The notes: a model not told the origin generated them from the sequence alone. Shown: positions 28,054-42,489, counted from the stretch's first letter. The stretch: DNA of 64,000 nt from Octopus vulgaris (GCA_951406725.2 OX597839.1:8804001-8868000); one strand, 5' to 3'. Translations and numbers: made by a program.

Positions 28054-28147
28054 GCTGCTGCTGCTACTTCTACTACTACTACTACTACTAATTCTACTAC
28101 TACTACTACTGCTGCTACTACTACTACTGCTGCTGCTACTACTACTG

Positions 28148-28187
<40 letters not shown>

Positions 28188-28601
28188 ATTAACATCATTT
28201 TGTTCCACTCGTTACCAAATATCTGCTCTCACTTTCTTCACAAACACACACACACACACACACAGATACACACACACAGACACACACACACACACACACA
28301 ATATTGCCCCAACAAGAGAGAGAGACAGACAGATAGCAGAAAAATGATACAGTACAAAACAAGAAACGATAATGATGATGATGAGGAGGAGGAGGACGAC
28401 GACGACGATGATGATGAAGAGGAGGAGATGACGACGACGACGACGACAACAACAACAATGTTCGTGATGATGACGGGAATGATGATGATGCTGATGATGA
28501 TGACGATCACAGTGCTGACTACGATGAGAGTGATGAACAACCGACAATAGTTTTAACGATAACAAAAGTAATAATAATAATAACAGCAGTACTAATAATA
28601 T

Positions 28602-28638
<37 letters not shown>

Positions 28639-28660
28639 GGTGATGATGATGATGATACTA
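27905..28660. repeat. (CTA)/(CTG)/(CA)/(GAT)/(GAC) microsatellite field
   Basis: Directly visible. Confidence 0.9.
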
Positions 28661-30387
28661 ATGATAACAATACTAAAGACAGGCAGACAGGCAGACATTA
28701 GTTTTCTAGACCATTCACTCATGCATGGTTAAAAGATAACCTGATCCTCTGGTCAACACACACCCGTGCCCCACCCTCTCCTCAATCCCCTCCATTCATC
28801 TCCACCCCACCCCCACCCCACCCCTTCCAATGCATGGAAGTAATGACTTCTGCTTTCTGTTTCCTTTGGGGTTTTATCATTCTTTCTTCTCTACCCTCAT
28901 CCTCTTCATCATCTTATTTTCTTCCTCTCTATTCCTCTTCTGCATCCTCCTCCATAAGCTTCTCTCCTCCTTCTTCTCCATCTTCACTGCCTTCCTCTCT
29001 CACTCATTCTCCATCTCCCTTCTCTCCTCCTATGCTTCATTCTCCTTCCTTCTGTCCTCCTACTCCTCTTGTTTTCTTCTCTCCTCCTACTCCTCATTCT
29101 CTTCCTTCTTCTTCAACACCAACTCCTACCCTTTAAGCCTCCACCATCCTTTTACATTAAGCAAGATTTCGACATTTCTTTCCTAAGTTTCCTTACAGGA
29201 GTTTATAAAATTCTGTTGCTAGGGTTTCCCTTGTTGCTACAGCAGGTTGTATCTTCTCCTTCATAAGGGACATAAACAAGCCCCTTTCCCATAATTCATA
29301 AACTGGTTTCAAATTTTGATACAAGGCTAACAATTTTAGGGCTCAGTGGTGTAGAGCGGGGGAGGGAAAGTCAATTATATTGACCCCAACACTTGACTGG
29401 TATTAATTTTATCTGCTGCAAAAGGATGAAAGACAAAGTCAATACCTTGGCAGAATTTGAATCCAGAATGTAAAGAGTTGGCAGAAATGCTGCTAATCAT
29501 TCTGCCATCTTGCTGTCTTCATAATAATAATAGCTCTTCCTACTATAGGCACAAGGCCTGAAATGTGGGTGGGGAGGGAGAGGGGTCAGTTACATCAACC
29601 TCAGTGCTCAACAGGTACTTATTTTATCAACCCTGGAAGGATGAAACGCAAAGCCAACCTCAGAAGAAATGCCATCAGATATATTGACCAATGCAGTAAC
29701 AATTCTGCCATGTCACCAGTTGTCTCTCTTAGTGTCCGGTGCGGAAGAGAATAAACAAGTCTGAAGTGCATTCAACAGATGGATAGGGATTCTTTGAGCA
29801 GACTATGGTGTCTTGTCTTAAGCGAAACCATTTCTCTATGACAAACTGCAGCATTTTGTAAGTTCAAATATCATTCAATCAATTGTAGTTTTGTGATAAG
29901 AAATTTGCTTCTCAACCATGCTTTGGTATCCATGCTTTGATCAGCCTGAGTCTATCATAGTAGAAGACACTTGCCCAAGATGCCAAGCAGTAGGACTGAA
30001 CCCAGAACCATGTAGTTGGAAGGCCAGCTTCTTACCAAACAGCCAAGCCTGCACTTTATACATATACATATATGTATATATATCTATGTATGTATCATCA
30101 TCATCATTTTAATGACTGAGGGAGATTGGTCTACGGCTGGATGCTCTTCCTCTCACCAATCCTCACCTGTTTCCAGACAAAGTAATACTTATTCATGATT
30201 GGATCCATTTTCAGGGAAGACTGGAAATGAGGGACTCTGCTTGTATGACAGTGACATACATTTATAACTATTGCATATTGTGTGTGCGTGTGTGTACAGT
30301 AAGATCCAAGGATATCTAGCATATATTTTATCTACGCCATTCATTAATTGTGGATACACACACACACACACACACATATATATACAT

Positions 30388-30455
<68 letters not shown>

Positions 30456-30564
30456 ATTGAAGATTTTCTATTTTGGATATATTTGGGGTACTTCAGTCTG
30501 CTCAGGACTTAGTGCTTGCTTTTTCCATGGGTATGAGTAAGTATTTCATTTATGTCTTACGTAT

Positions 30565-30625
30565 TTATCACTGAGGAGGAGAAAATTCTTATGAATTAAC
30601 TCTGAAATTGGGACCAATGCGGTAA
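30565..30625 (+). ncRNA. Type I hammerhead motif, degenerate, inside a ~320-bp segment bounded by (TA)n tracts
   Basis: TTATC-A-CTGAGGA-GGAG(AA AATTC TTAT GAATT AA)CTCT-GAAA-TTGG(GA)CCAA-TG-C-GGTAA. All three stems can be drawn; G at position 17 is non-canonical. Confidence 0.65.
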
Positions 30626-30765
30626 TAACGGAATTTTTCAGAAATTTCTATCAGCTTGTTTCGAGACACATGTTAATAGTGATAAATTATAATGGTTATT
30701 GACAATTTGTCTATTTTCAGCATATTTGGCATTAGCATTTATTTCTTTTGCCCTTGTTTTATAAG

Positions 30766-30797
<32 letters not shown>

Positions 30798-30813
30798 CAC
30801 GTGAGATTGAGAG

Positions 30814-30853
30814 TTGCTGAAGAGGTCACAGGATGTGTGATGAAAGATTTCAA
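30814..30853 (+). ncRNA. Minimal type I hammerhead-like motif
   Basis: TTG-CTGAAGA-G-GTCACA(GGATG)TGTGAT-GAAA-GATTT-CAA, about 20 bp after a (TA)n tract. Confidence 0.45.
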
Positions 30854-30889
30854 ACCAAGGACAAAAAACTAAACACAATAATAAATCTG

Positions 30890-31110
30890 AAGTGGAGGGG
30901 GTGGGGGACAGACACAAACACAGATAACAAACACACACATATATATATACAACGGGCATCTTTCAGTTTCCGTCTACCAAATCCACTCAAAAGGCTTTGG
31001 TCAGACCAAGGCTATAGTAGAAGACACTTGCCCAAGGTGCTATGCAGTGGGGCTGAACCCAGAACCAAGTGGTTGGGAAGCAAGCTTCTTACCACACAGC
31101 CACTCCAGCA
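30890..31110 (-). mobile_element. SINE family A, 5' half
   Basis: Reverse-complement head and body. Confidence 0.8.
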
Positions 31111-31305
31111 CATTTATATATCTGCAATGACAGACTTGGTTAGTTCTATCCTTTTTTAAGACAGTAGGGAGTGATGTGGGTGGGTAGGTGGCAATTTGGG
31201 TGCTATTTCTATTACATCCAATCAACTACATAGAGGTGCTTTGTGAGGTGGGGAGAGAGTGTGTGGAAGAGAAGGAGAAGGATTAGAACAGTGTGTTCGC
31301 GAAGA

Positions 31306-31348
<43 letters not shown>

Positions 31349-32535
31349 CTGACAGGTATTGTGTATATGAACACTTTATATTTGTGTATATGAGAAAAAA
31401 AAATTATGAAAACAATTATGTGTATATGTGTGTTCGTGTGTGTGTGTGCGTGTGTGTGTGCGTGTGCTTTGAATATAGTGTGCATGTGTACTACATTTCC
31501 ATATAATTTAACTCACAGTATTTGCAGTGCTATGATTCCACTGTAATCACCATTAACTATCACAACCACTACTATCACCAACACAACTTTCTACTACTGC
31601 AGTAGTTATTACTACTACTACTACTACTGCTGCTGCTACTACTACTACTACTACCACCACCACCACCACCACCACCACCACTACCACCACCACCACCACC
31701 ACCACTACTACTACTACTACTATCACCACCACCCTTCAGACTTTACCATCGTAAACACAAACAGCACAACCACCACTGCCACCGCCACCAGCAGCAATCT
31801 ACTCCCACTACTGCCATACCACCACATACCACCACCTCACACATCACCACGCGTGCGCCGCTACATACACCACCATCACTCCACACACCAGATTCTAGCT
31901 ATTAGCTTTCTTATCTGCCTCTTTGCACATCACAACTACCCAACATCTTTATTTCCAAGAGGACATGAGTCTGTGTGTGTGTGTGTATGTGTGTGTGCAT
32001 GCCTGTGTGTGTATGTATGCATATGCATATGTGTATCTTTCAGTCTTTCAGTCTGTGTGCATGCGTATGCATATGTATGCCTTTCAGTGTATGTGTGTGT
32101 GTGTATATAAGTGTCAAAACATATTTGTATGAAGTGCATGTAAGCGTGTGCGTGTACATATGTGTGAGTGTGCGTGAGTGTGTGCGCAAGCGTGGACATG
32201 GTTGCACATGGATGCATGTGCAGATGGAAAAGTGAATTGAAGAAGGGTCAGGGAGAGAAAGGGTAAGGCGAGGGTGGGGTGGGGGACCTGAAGAGATGGA
32301 GAAGGGGGGAGAGATAATGGTTTTTAATCTAGTTGTTCAAATGTCTAGTGTGTGTGTGTGTGTGTGTTGGTGTGTGCATGAGTGCGTGCTGAGGTTCTTA
32401 TACACACACACACACACGGATTTACACACACGTATGAAGAATTATACAAATATCTGTAGTCATATGCCCAAAACCAGAAGCACAGACTCACACACTCACT
32501 CGCACATATATTTTACATACACACACATGGAGATA

Positions 32536-32571
<36 letters not shown>

Positions 32572-33729
32572 GCACACAGAAAAAAATAAGCAGAAAAAAA
32601 AAGTTTAGAAAAAGCAGGATTTCAAATAAAAGCAATGTAAAACAATGCAATATAGAACAATATAAAATGCTGTATAAAATAATAACAAAAAATCCAGTAT
32701 GAAAAACAATATGAAATAAAATAAAAATATTTATTTTTGAAAAAACACCAAAGAAAATAAGGCAGTTAAAACCATAAAGGAGAATTTTCTATGGTGGAGA
32801 ATTGTGATAGAGGATTAGAGAGTTGTAGCAAGGGAGGTAAGGCTTAGTAAGATTGGTAGGAGAAGGAGTAGGGCCCAGTGAGAAGTGAAGGTGATTGGCA
32901 AGGGTGGAGAGGAGGAGGTAAGGTATTGCAAAAAGCAACAGTGACTCCAACAACTACAACATTAACAATAGGAATGGGAACAACAACAGCAACAATAGTA
33001 GCACTAACTGTCTCAGCAACAAGAACTGCTAACAACAGGGGGGAAAAACATTAAAAAAAATTAACAGCAACAACAACAACAATAACAGCAATGAAAGCAC
33101 CAAGAACAAAAGGAATATTAATAAACAGCAAAACAACAGCAACAACAACAACAACAACAAAAACATAAATGAGAACAAATACTCCTGTAGATATAAAGAC
33201 CTTACAGGATAGAAGAGGAGGAGTTGTGAGTGTTGAAAAAAATAGGTAAGTGGTTTGATAGTGTGGTGATAGTGACCCTTAAAATCTGAAACAGAGAAGA
33301 CCCCAAAAGATAATGGCGGTGGGGGAGTAGAGTCTAGATACTGCATAATAGGGTGTTTATTGTTGTTGCTGTTGATTAGCCCCAGGTCAGCCTTGATTCA
33401 GCAGACTAAATAATGATCACGCTCGTTCTAAGTGTGTCTATTCCATGCAAACTATTCCAGACGTTTTTTTTTTATCTATCTATAAATACACCATCCTACT
33501 TGGTGGTGGTTGTACACAGTACCTCGACCGGCTAGAAGTAGAAGCCAAATTTTTTTTTCTCACACCAAACGATTCGGTCAAAGGTGTTATGTCAGTAGGC
33601 AGTGGCTGCAGAGCCTGAAATCAGAGGCAGAAGAACATACAAGAAAACCAACACGAGAAAGACAAGAGACAGCAGAAAGAAATTGAAGAGATGCTACTGA
33701 CACACAAGATTTCCAAAGAAAAATAATAT

Positions 33730-34292
33730 TCTTTTCTACTCTAGGCACAAAGCCCGAAATTTTGCGGGAGGGGCCCAGTCAATTAGATCGACTTCAATAT
33801 GCAACTGGTACCTCATTTATCGACCCTGAAAGGATGAAAGGTAAAGTCGACCTTAAAGAATTTGAACTCAGAACGTAAAGACAGACAAAATACTGCTAAG
33901 CATTTCACCTGACGTACTAACATTTCTTATTCCTTTATTGCCCAGAAGGGGCTAAACATTGAGGGGACAAACAAGGACAGACAAATGGATTAAGCCAGTT
34001 ACATCGACCCCAGTGCATAACTGGTACTTAATTTATTGACCCCGAAAGGATGAAAGGTAAAGTCGACCTTGGCAGAATTTGAACTCAGAATGTAAAGAAA
34101 GACAAAATACCTATTTCTTTACTACCCACGATGGGCTAAACATAGAGTGGACAAACAAGGACAGACAAACGGATTAAGTCAATTACATCGACCCCAATGC
34201 ATAACTGGTACTTAATTTATCGACCCCGAAAGGATGAAAGGTAAAGTTGACCTTGGCAGAATTTGAACTCAGAATGTAAAGACAGACGAAAT
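33730..34292 (-). mobile_element. Three head-to-tail SINE family B copies
   Basis: GAAAGGATGAAAGGTAAAGT...GAATTTGAACTCAGAA appears near 33828, 34045 and 34228. Confidence 0.85.
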
Positions 34293-35703
34293 AAAAACAT
34301 GGTGTTGATGATGTTGATGATGGTGGTGGTATTCAAGAGGAAAGTTGTAGTTCTAGTGGTTGTGGTGGAAGTGGTTGTAGTTTAGCTCCAACTCAACCTC
34401 AACTGAGCAAACCCGTGTTGAAAAGCACCCCAGCTCATGACTTCCTTTAAGACTGTGGAGTTTGATCTGAGAAAGATTAGGTAGCTACTTCTAGCAGATT
34501 GGCTGATCTTGAAGAGGCTCCCCTGGTGGTGATGGTGGAGTGAATGGTGAAGCTGAAAGTTTAAATGTTAAGTAGAGAGCGAGGCAAGGTGTATTTTGTC
34601 TTAAGTGAGAGAGAGAAGAAAGGGGGTGAAAGAAAGATCCAGGGGTGGAATAACGTATCAATAAAAAAAGGAGGAACCAGGGCTGGAGAGAGACATAAGA
34701 GATATGAGGGTGCAGAGAAATGATGCTCATGGGTAGATGGGTGGTGGTGGGAGGGAACTGAGATACAGGGGGGAGGAGGGAGGATCATGTGAGGAAGGAG
34801 GAGAGCTAATATTCCAAAGGACAGCAAAGTCTTCTCGAAAAGACACAGACAAGAAGCGGGGAGATTGTGTGTGTGTGTGTGGAGTTGAGGGTAATTTGTG
34901 GGTGAGGGGGTGGATGATACGCTAAGAGGGGTCAGAGAAACAGAAGCTGCAGCAGGGTAGGGACATTCCTCACTCCCATCCTCCCATCACCCCCTTGAGC
35001 AGGACAATGAGAATGACTGTGAGGGGGGGGGGGCAGAGTAGGAACATGGTAGTGGTGGTGGTGAGGGTAGAGTGTTAGTTATGCATTCCCTTGCACCTTC
35101 CTTATTTTTTTCTCAGAAGGGAAGGAGAGAGGGAGCAGAACGGGGGAGGGGGTAGAATACGTAGATCCACCCCACCCCCACCCCGACTGAAAATTGAGTG
35201 GGGTAAAGGCAGACCTGCCCAGACAGCACCTAGCAGTGGGGAGAGAAGTTGAAGGAGAGGGAAAGAGATGGAGAATGGGAAGAGGGAGAGAGAGAAAGAA
35301 GAGGGAGACAGGGATTGATTATGTCACCCACCAATGCCCTCAGATGTAGTAAATAACAGTTTTAAGCGTTAAATTAGCCAAGCAAGTTGATTGGTTGGGA
35401 CAGTTGATACCTTTCAATCACTATGTCTAATTCAGTATATTTATATTCTGGCACCCTGCAACATCAACAACAACAGCATCAAATTCCTTCAAATACGAAA
35501 AGATCCCAAATAAAATTTGTCTTTTTTTTTTTTTTTTTTTTTTTAGCATTGCTAGTCAGTCCCCCAGATGTTAATTAAGGAGTGGGGAGAAGGTGTCTTG
35601 GGTGGAATGGAGAGAATGCAATGGCTAAGAATGTGGAAGAAACACAATCCAAAACATCGAGATTGGTGACTCGACAATGCTAATAATAATAATAATAATA
35701 ATA

Positions 35704-36114
35704 ATAATCCTTTCTTCTGAAGGCACAAGGCCTAAAATTTTGGTGGGAGGGGAAATAGTAATAATGATGATAATCCTTTCTACTGAAGGCACAGGGCCTA
35801 AAATTTTGGGGGAGGGGAAATAGTAATAATAATGATAATCCTTTCTACTGAAGGCACAAGGCCTAAAATTTGGGGGGAAGGGAAATAGTAATAATAATGA
35901 TAATCCTTTCTACTGAAGGCACAGGGCCTAAAATTTTGGGGGAGGGGAAATAGTAATAATAAATATAATCCTTTCTACTGAAGGCACAAGGCCTAAAATT
36001 TGGGGGGAGGGGAAATAGTAATAATAAATATAATCCTTTCTACTGAAGGCACAAGGCCTACTATAGGCACAAGGCCTGAAATTTTGAAGGAAGGGGCTAG
36101 TCAGATCAACCCTA

Positions 36115-36115
<1 letters not shown>
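35704..36115 (+). repeat. 65-bp minisatellite derived from a SINE-B-like end (5 units plus a terminal unit)
   Basis: Unit ATAATCCTTTCTACTGAAGGCACAAGGCCTAAAATTTTGGGGGAGGGGAAATAGTAATAATAATG starts at 35704, 35770, 35835, 35900, 35965 and 36030. Confidence 0.9.
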
Positions 36116-36157
<42 letters not shown>

Positions 36158-36159
<2 letters not shown>

Positions 36160-36712
36160 GCCCTGATGCAGTACCAGGCAGTGGCTCTCATGACTTCTGA
36201 TCTTAACTGATTGGAAGTGTTATCATGTACATTGTTTTGTCTTGGTATAAAAGATGGGCTACAGCAAATATTCTGCTCAATACCACAGATTTGCTTGTCA
36301 GTTGTTTGACCTTAACTAGTTGAGCATGTCCCTTAGTGGCTGACGATATGTGCATCTCTGATCACGAGCAGAAGTAGTAGGGGAGCATCATGGCCGTGTG
36401 TTGAGAGGGATTCTTTGGGGTTTGAATAATTCACCTCTGGAAACATGGGTGTTTCGTTCAACATCCTTAAACAACCCTTATTCAGGGACCTTTCGAGTGG
36501 GATGGGTTACTCGACCTGAAGAAAATTCTAACTGGGCCCCACCTGCAAGGTCATGTGCTGTTTATCTTGATATGAGATCACCATGTCGCGCACACATGGT
36601 TGTGATACATGTGCCTAGTGTACCCTTATCAGACGGGTAGTCATGATGGGTATACTGGGCTTCGTATATTTTACCCCAGTGTCACTTTGATGGCATGCAC
36701 TGCTCTCTCACT
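36158..36712 (+). mobile_element. Family E: ~550-bp element embedded in (TAA)n, copy 1
   Basis: Near identical to 59635-60182 (reverse) and 41734-42140 (partial); flanked on both sides by (TAA)n. Confidence 0.85.
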
Positions 36713-36718
36713 AAATAC

Positions 36719-36750
<32 letters not shown>

Positions 36751-36755
<5 letters not shown>

Positions 36756-36903
36756 CCTTTCTTCTGAAGGCACAAGGCCTAAAATTTTGGTGGAAGGGGA
36801 AATAGTAATAATAATGATAATCCTTTCTACTGAAGGCACAAGGCCTACTATAGGCACAAGGCCTGAAATTTTGAAGGAAGGGGCTAGTCAGATCAACCCT
36901 AGT
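36751..36903 (+). repeat. Second, unexpanded copy of the block at 35704-36115
   Basis: Same first-unit variant (CTTCTGAAGG...TTGGTGG) and identical terminal unit ending GATCAACCCTAG. Confidence 0.85.
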
Positions 36904-38671
36904 AATAATAATAATAATAATAATAATGATAATAATACTTATTATTATTAAAAATAACAACAACAATGCAAAGAGAAGAAGAAGAAGAAGGAGAAGAAGA
37001 GCAAAGGAGGTACATGGAAGGACCTGAAACCAGTGGTGAAGAGTTTCTATATTATGTTTGATAGGGACACAACAAAGGGAACCAAAAGAAACCAATAAAA
37101 TATTGGTTCCGATATAGGCACAAGGCCAAATATTTATGGGAGTGGGAGCGGAGTGGAATGAATCAACTCAACCCTGGAAGGATGAGAAGTAAATTTGATC
37201 TCTGTGGGATTTAAACTTAGAATGCAAACAGGTGCCACAATAACTACCACTAGGTATTTTCCTCAAGCTTTAATAATTTTGGCAATGTAGAATTTTGAAC
37301 ATGGCACAAATTGAGAAATTTTGGAGAGTGGGATATGTCATTATATTTCATCAACCCTAGGAGGATAAAAGGTAAAGTTGGCTATGGCAGGATTTGAACT
37401 TAGAATGCTGAGGGTTAGAAAAAATTACAGCAAGGTATTTTGCCTGATGTAACAATTCTACCAATGATATTATTTCTTCACATAGCACTCTGTTACTTCT
37501 GCTAAATATATATATGGAGTGGCTGTGTGGTAAGAAGCTTGCTTCCCAACCACATGGTTCTGGGTTCAGTCCCACTGCATGGCACCTTGGGCAAGTGTCT
37601 TCTACTATAGCCTCGGACCAACCAAAGCCTTGTGAGTGGAATTGGTGGACAGAAACTGAAAGAAGCCCATCTAATGTGTATGTGTGTGTGTGCGTGTGTG
37701 TCTATTTGTGTCTACATATCAAATCTAAACGCAGTAAGATTGAGGATGCCCGAGATCCTAAAGGTCACACGCACAGACAGACAGAACAGATTTTATATAA
37801 TAGATGCACACACACACACACACACACACGGAAGACATGGGAATGGGGAAAAAATGAAGTTCTTCAGCCTGACAAGCAGCTAGCGGATTACCCCTTGTAA
37901 ATTCGCAGTTCAGCAACAAGACACCAATAATATAGTTACCAGGCCTAAAAAAATTAAGTACTAGGGTCATATGTTAGGGAATTTAGAGTCTTAAATTCTC
38001 TGAGGCAGTGTCCCAGCATGGCCACAATCAAATGACTGAAACACATAAAAGATGAAAGATAAAGGATTTGCACACACACACATACACACACACATATACA
38101 CACACACGTGCGTGTGCATGTACACGCACATACCTAAACATACCAGAAAGCAATCAATTTTCCCAGTCAACTCAGATGTCCATTACACCCTATCACCTGT
38201 TGAAAATTTACTAAAGTACCAGACACCCCTGCTCCTACTTCCTGAATGACCCACCAACAACGAGCCCTGCAACCCCACAACTCCCTCCATCTGGACACAC
38301 CAGATCATCTCTCTCTATCCTTAATCGAACAATTATATGGCCACACACACCCCCAACCAGTTGCATCACAATCAATCAACGCCGAAAACAGAGAGAGAAC
38401 ATTTATAACATATCAATACAGTCACTGCTTTGATTTCACACTTGAAAGATAGACTCGTTTTAGTCTGGTCTGGTCAGGTATTGGTGATGGTGGTGGTGGT
38501 GGTGGTGGCGGTGGTGGTGGTGGTGATGTAGTGTGGTCTGGTTTTGTGCTTTTAGTGGTACATGGTGGTTTGTGATACAAGCAGAATATAAACAGACAGA
38601 TAGATACACACAAATGCAGATGGACGGACAGAGGGACAGATGAATAGATAGATAGACAGACAGACAGATGA

Positions 38672-38788
<117 letters not shown>

Positions 38789-38795
38789 TAAATGA

Positions 38796-38826
<31 letters not shown>

Positions 38827-40423
38827 GATAGTTAGACAGATAGACAGACAGATAGATAGATAGATAGATAGACAGGCAGGAAAAGACAGAAAAGCAAGAA
38901 CAGATGGGAAAAAAGGAGAGTGTGTATGAATGCAGACATTATATTTAATGTGTATACTAAATAAGTATGTGTGTGTATATGTGCATGTGCACATGTAGAA
39001 ACACACACAGACATGTACATACATACATAAATACATCTATCCATCCATCCATCCATCCATCCATCCATCCATCCATACATACTTACATATATACATACAT
39101 ACATACACACACACACACAGACACACACACAAACACACACAGACACACACACAAACACACACACACACATACATACATACATACATACATACATACATAC
39201 ATACATACATACATACATACATACAGACAGAGAGAGAGAGAAGACACACACAGACAAAATGTAAAGTGCTGCCTGTTATGAAAAGAGCACATGAAAAAAC
39301 CCAGAAACAAATAAAAACCTGCACCCGCCAATCATACAGAACCTTACTCCCTAATCATAATCCATCATCATCAGGCCCCGGCATCAACCAGCATCACAAC
39401 CACTAAATCTTAGGGGCTACAAAAACTTAAGTGACATAACCATTTGCAACATAAAAGTTTCAAAGAACAGGCAGCATGTGTGAAGGCAAGGCAAGAGCCG
39501 AAGGAGCGGAGTGGGGTCGAGAGGTATAAAAAAGGAGAGGAAACAGGAGGAGGAGGAGGAGGTGGGGGCAGGAATGGCTGCTGAATACTGGGTTTTATGT
39601 TGTTGGTGTTGGATGGAGGGTGTAAGGGATGGAGGTGGGGCGGGGGTTTCTATAATTGATTTTTTTTTTTTTCCTGGGATCAAAAAAAAAAATATAAGGG
39701 GGGAATTACCTGTTGGCAGTGGTAGTGAAGGTGTGGCAATGTTGTGAAGAAGTACTGAGGCAGGGAGGCAGCTGCGGCGGTGGTGGTGGTGGTGGTGATG
39801 GTGGTGATGGTGGTGATGGTAGTTGTGGTGGTGGTAGTTGTGGTGGTGGTGGTGATGGTGGTTGTTGTGGTGGTGGTGGTAGTTGTGGTGGTGGTGGTAG
39901 TTGTGGTGGTGGTGGTGGTGGTAGTTATGGTGGTGGTGGTGGTGGTAGTTGTGGTGGTGGTGGTGGTGGTAGTAGTTATGGCGGTGGTGGTAGTTGTGGT
40001 GGTGGTGGTGGTGGTGGTGGTGGTGGTGGTAGTAGTTATGGTGGTCGTGGTGGCGGTGGTGGTGGTAGGGATTGTTGCTAATGATGTTGGGAAATTTTTC
40101 AGTGTAGTGTGATGTTGATGCTGTTGTTGTTGTTGTTGTTGTTGCTGGTGATGGCAGTTGTTGCTGTTGTAGCAGTAGTGGTGGCGTCCAAACAGCAGTG
40201 CAAAGAAGAGTAAGAAGGAAAGAGACAAACAGACAGACAGACAGTCGGGGTGGGGAGACTAATAGAGCAGAAAAGAGTTCAGCATTTTGTGAAAAAGCTG
40301 TCACACTTCATAAAAGTGCACACACACACACCACACACCACATACACACACACACACACACCACACACCACATACACACACACACACACACCACACACCA
40401 CACATACACACACACACACACAC

Positions 40424-40454
<31 letters not shown>

Positions 40455-40492
40455 CACCACACACCACATACACACACACACACACCACACAC

Positions 40493-40535
<43 letters not shown>

Positions 40536-41357
40536 ACCACACACATACACACACACACACATATATTCACATACAGAAACCTATACAGTCACACACACAC
40601 ATACACATCATCGGAGACAATACAAGAAAGGCCAGGTTATCTATCCATCACATCCATGCCCATCCCCTCCTATTATTCTCACTATATATTTTTCCACCAC
40701 CACAACAGACAGAAAGAATTTCCACTCCCACACCTTGCATCTACCCCCCCCCCCCTCATCCCCCACCCTGGCCGCACAACATCAAAGGCTCTCTATACCA
40801 TTACCACCACCACCACCACCACATCAACCAGCAGCACTACCACAACCCACACCACTGCTACAAAAAATACCAACATCATCACTGACACCATGAAGTTAGG
40901 CTCCACCACCACCACCATTGTTGCCACCATCACCACCACCGCCGCCATCACCACCATCACCACCATCACCACCAACACCATCATCACAACTAGCATATTC
41001 CTCCAGATGCCACTAATTTCTATTGAGGCACACCCCATTACGTGCCACTACTACAATATAGTGATTCAGGCTTTTTGTAGTGGAGAGTGGTAGCATTAAT
41101 GGTAGCAATGGTTGATGGTTGCAACAATAGTGATGCTACTGTTGGTTACAAATCTTAGCACATTGCCAGCAATTTCAGGGGAGGGTGTAAATCAATTACA
41201 CTGACCCCCAGAGCATAACCAGTACTTATTTTATCGACCCCTAAAACTGATGAAAAGCGAAGTCAACCTCAGTGGAATTTGAACTCAGAATGTAAATCGG
41301 ATGAAATGCTGCTAAGCATTTTGTCTGGCATGCTAACGATTCTGCCATCCTGCCATT

Positions 41358-41470
<113 letters not shown>

Positions 41471-41471
41471 A

Positions 41472-41706
41472 AGAACTGTCTTAACTGGTACATCACACGT
41501 ATTGAGAAGAGCATTGTCGATGTGAGAACTATTACTACCCATGTATTTTAATTTAACTTTATTTCTATCAAGAAAAAAAAAAAAAAGAACAAACTAGTGA
41601 GTTTAGTTTAATGGCCTACCAATGTATACTATGAGTTTCTTTGCCCTAGGAGTCGGGAAGACACTCGGCAAGAAATGGAAGCAAATTTGAAAGAAGAAGA
41701 AAAAAT
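41472..41706 (+). mobile_element. 5'-truncated R4/Dong-like (RLE) non-LTR retrotransposon 3' end
   Basis: 41472-41525 reads RTVLTGTSHVLRRALSM*, like the C-terminal K.vLLGT.hILRk.L motif of R4/Dong ORFs; followed by a 3' UTR and flanked by (TAA)n/(AAG)n. Confidence 0.65.
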
Positions 41707-41733
41707 GATAATAAATAATAATAATAATAATAA

Positions 41734-42140
41734 ACATTGTTTTGTCTTGGTATAAAAGATGGGCTACAGCAAATATTCTGCTCAGTACCACAGATTTACT
41801 TGTCAGTTGTTTGACCATAACCAGTTGAGCATGTCCCTTAGTGGCTGATGATATGTGCATCTCTGGTCACGAGCAGAAGTAGTGGGGGAGCATCATAGCC
41901 ATGTGTTGAGAGGGATTCTTTGGGGTTTGAATAATTTACCTCTGGAAACATGGGTGTTTCGTTCAACATCCTTAAACAACCCTTACTCAGGGACCTTTTG
42001 AGCAGGATGGGTTACTCGACCAGAAGAAAATTCTAACTGGGCCCCACCTACAAGGTCATGTGCTGTTTAGCATGTCCCTTAGTGGCTGATGATATGTGCA
42101 TCTCTGATCAGGAGCAGAAATAGTGGGGGAGCATCATAAC
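41734..42140 (+). mobile_element. Family E, truncated copy with a short internal duplication
   Basis: Matches about 36228-36563; 42069-42140 repeats 41828-41900. Confidence 0.8.
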
Positions 42141-42204
42141 CTATACAAGTAAGGAAAAGCCAAGAGAAAGAAGAATAACAACAAACACTGTCATAATTTA
42201 GGGA

Positions 42205-42405
42205 GACTGCTGAACATGATTTGAGAAGATCTCCAGAGGCTCAACGTCACCCTGGAGGATGCAGAAGTGCTGGCATGAGACCTTTAGCGATGGAGAGCAC
42301 TAGTGGACTTGGTTGTCTCTGTGCATGATGCCTCTGGGACCACTAACTTGGAATAAGCCCAGTCCCATCAAGCAAGAGCACAAAGCCAAGCCAAGCCATA
42401 GCCAT
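42205..42405 (+). pseudogene. Degraded RTE-like LINE 3' end with (AAGCC)n tail
   Basis: Reads NMI*EDLQRLNVTLEDAEVLA*DL*RWRALVDLV (RTE C-terminal DL...A.DR..WR..V pattern) with in-frame stops. Confidence 0.5.
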
Positions 42406-42489
42406 CCAGCTCCATAGAAATAAAAACCATACCCTTCTCACAGAACTTGCTACTATTTAGCTCTTCAGCATATAAACTGGCCATATATG

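Noticed and set aside
28810-29160. Long polypyrimidine tract and other G-rich or purine tracts (triplex or G4 potential)
   Set aside because: Common low-complexity sequence in this genome; nothing specific supports a function.
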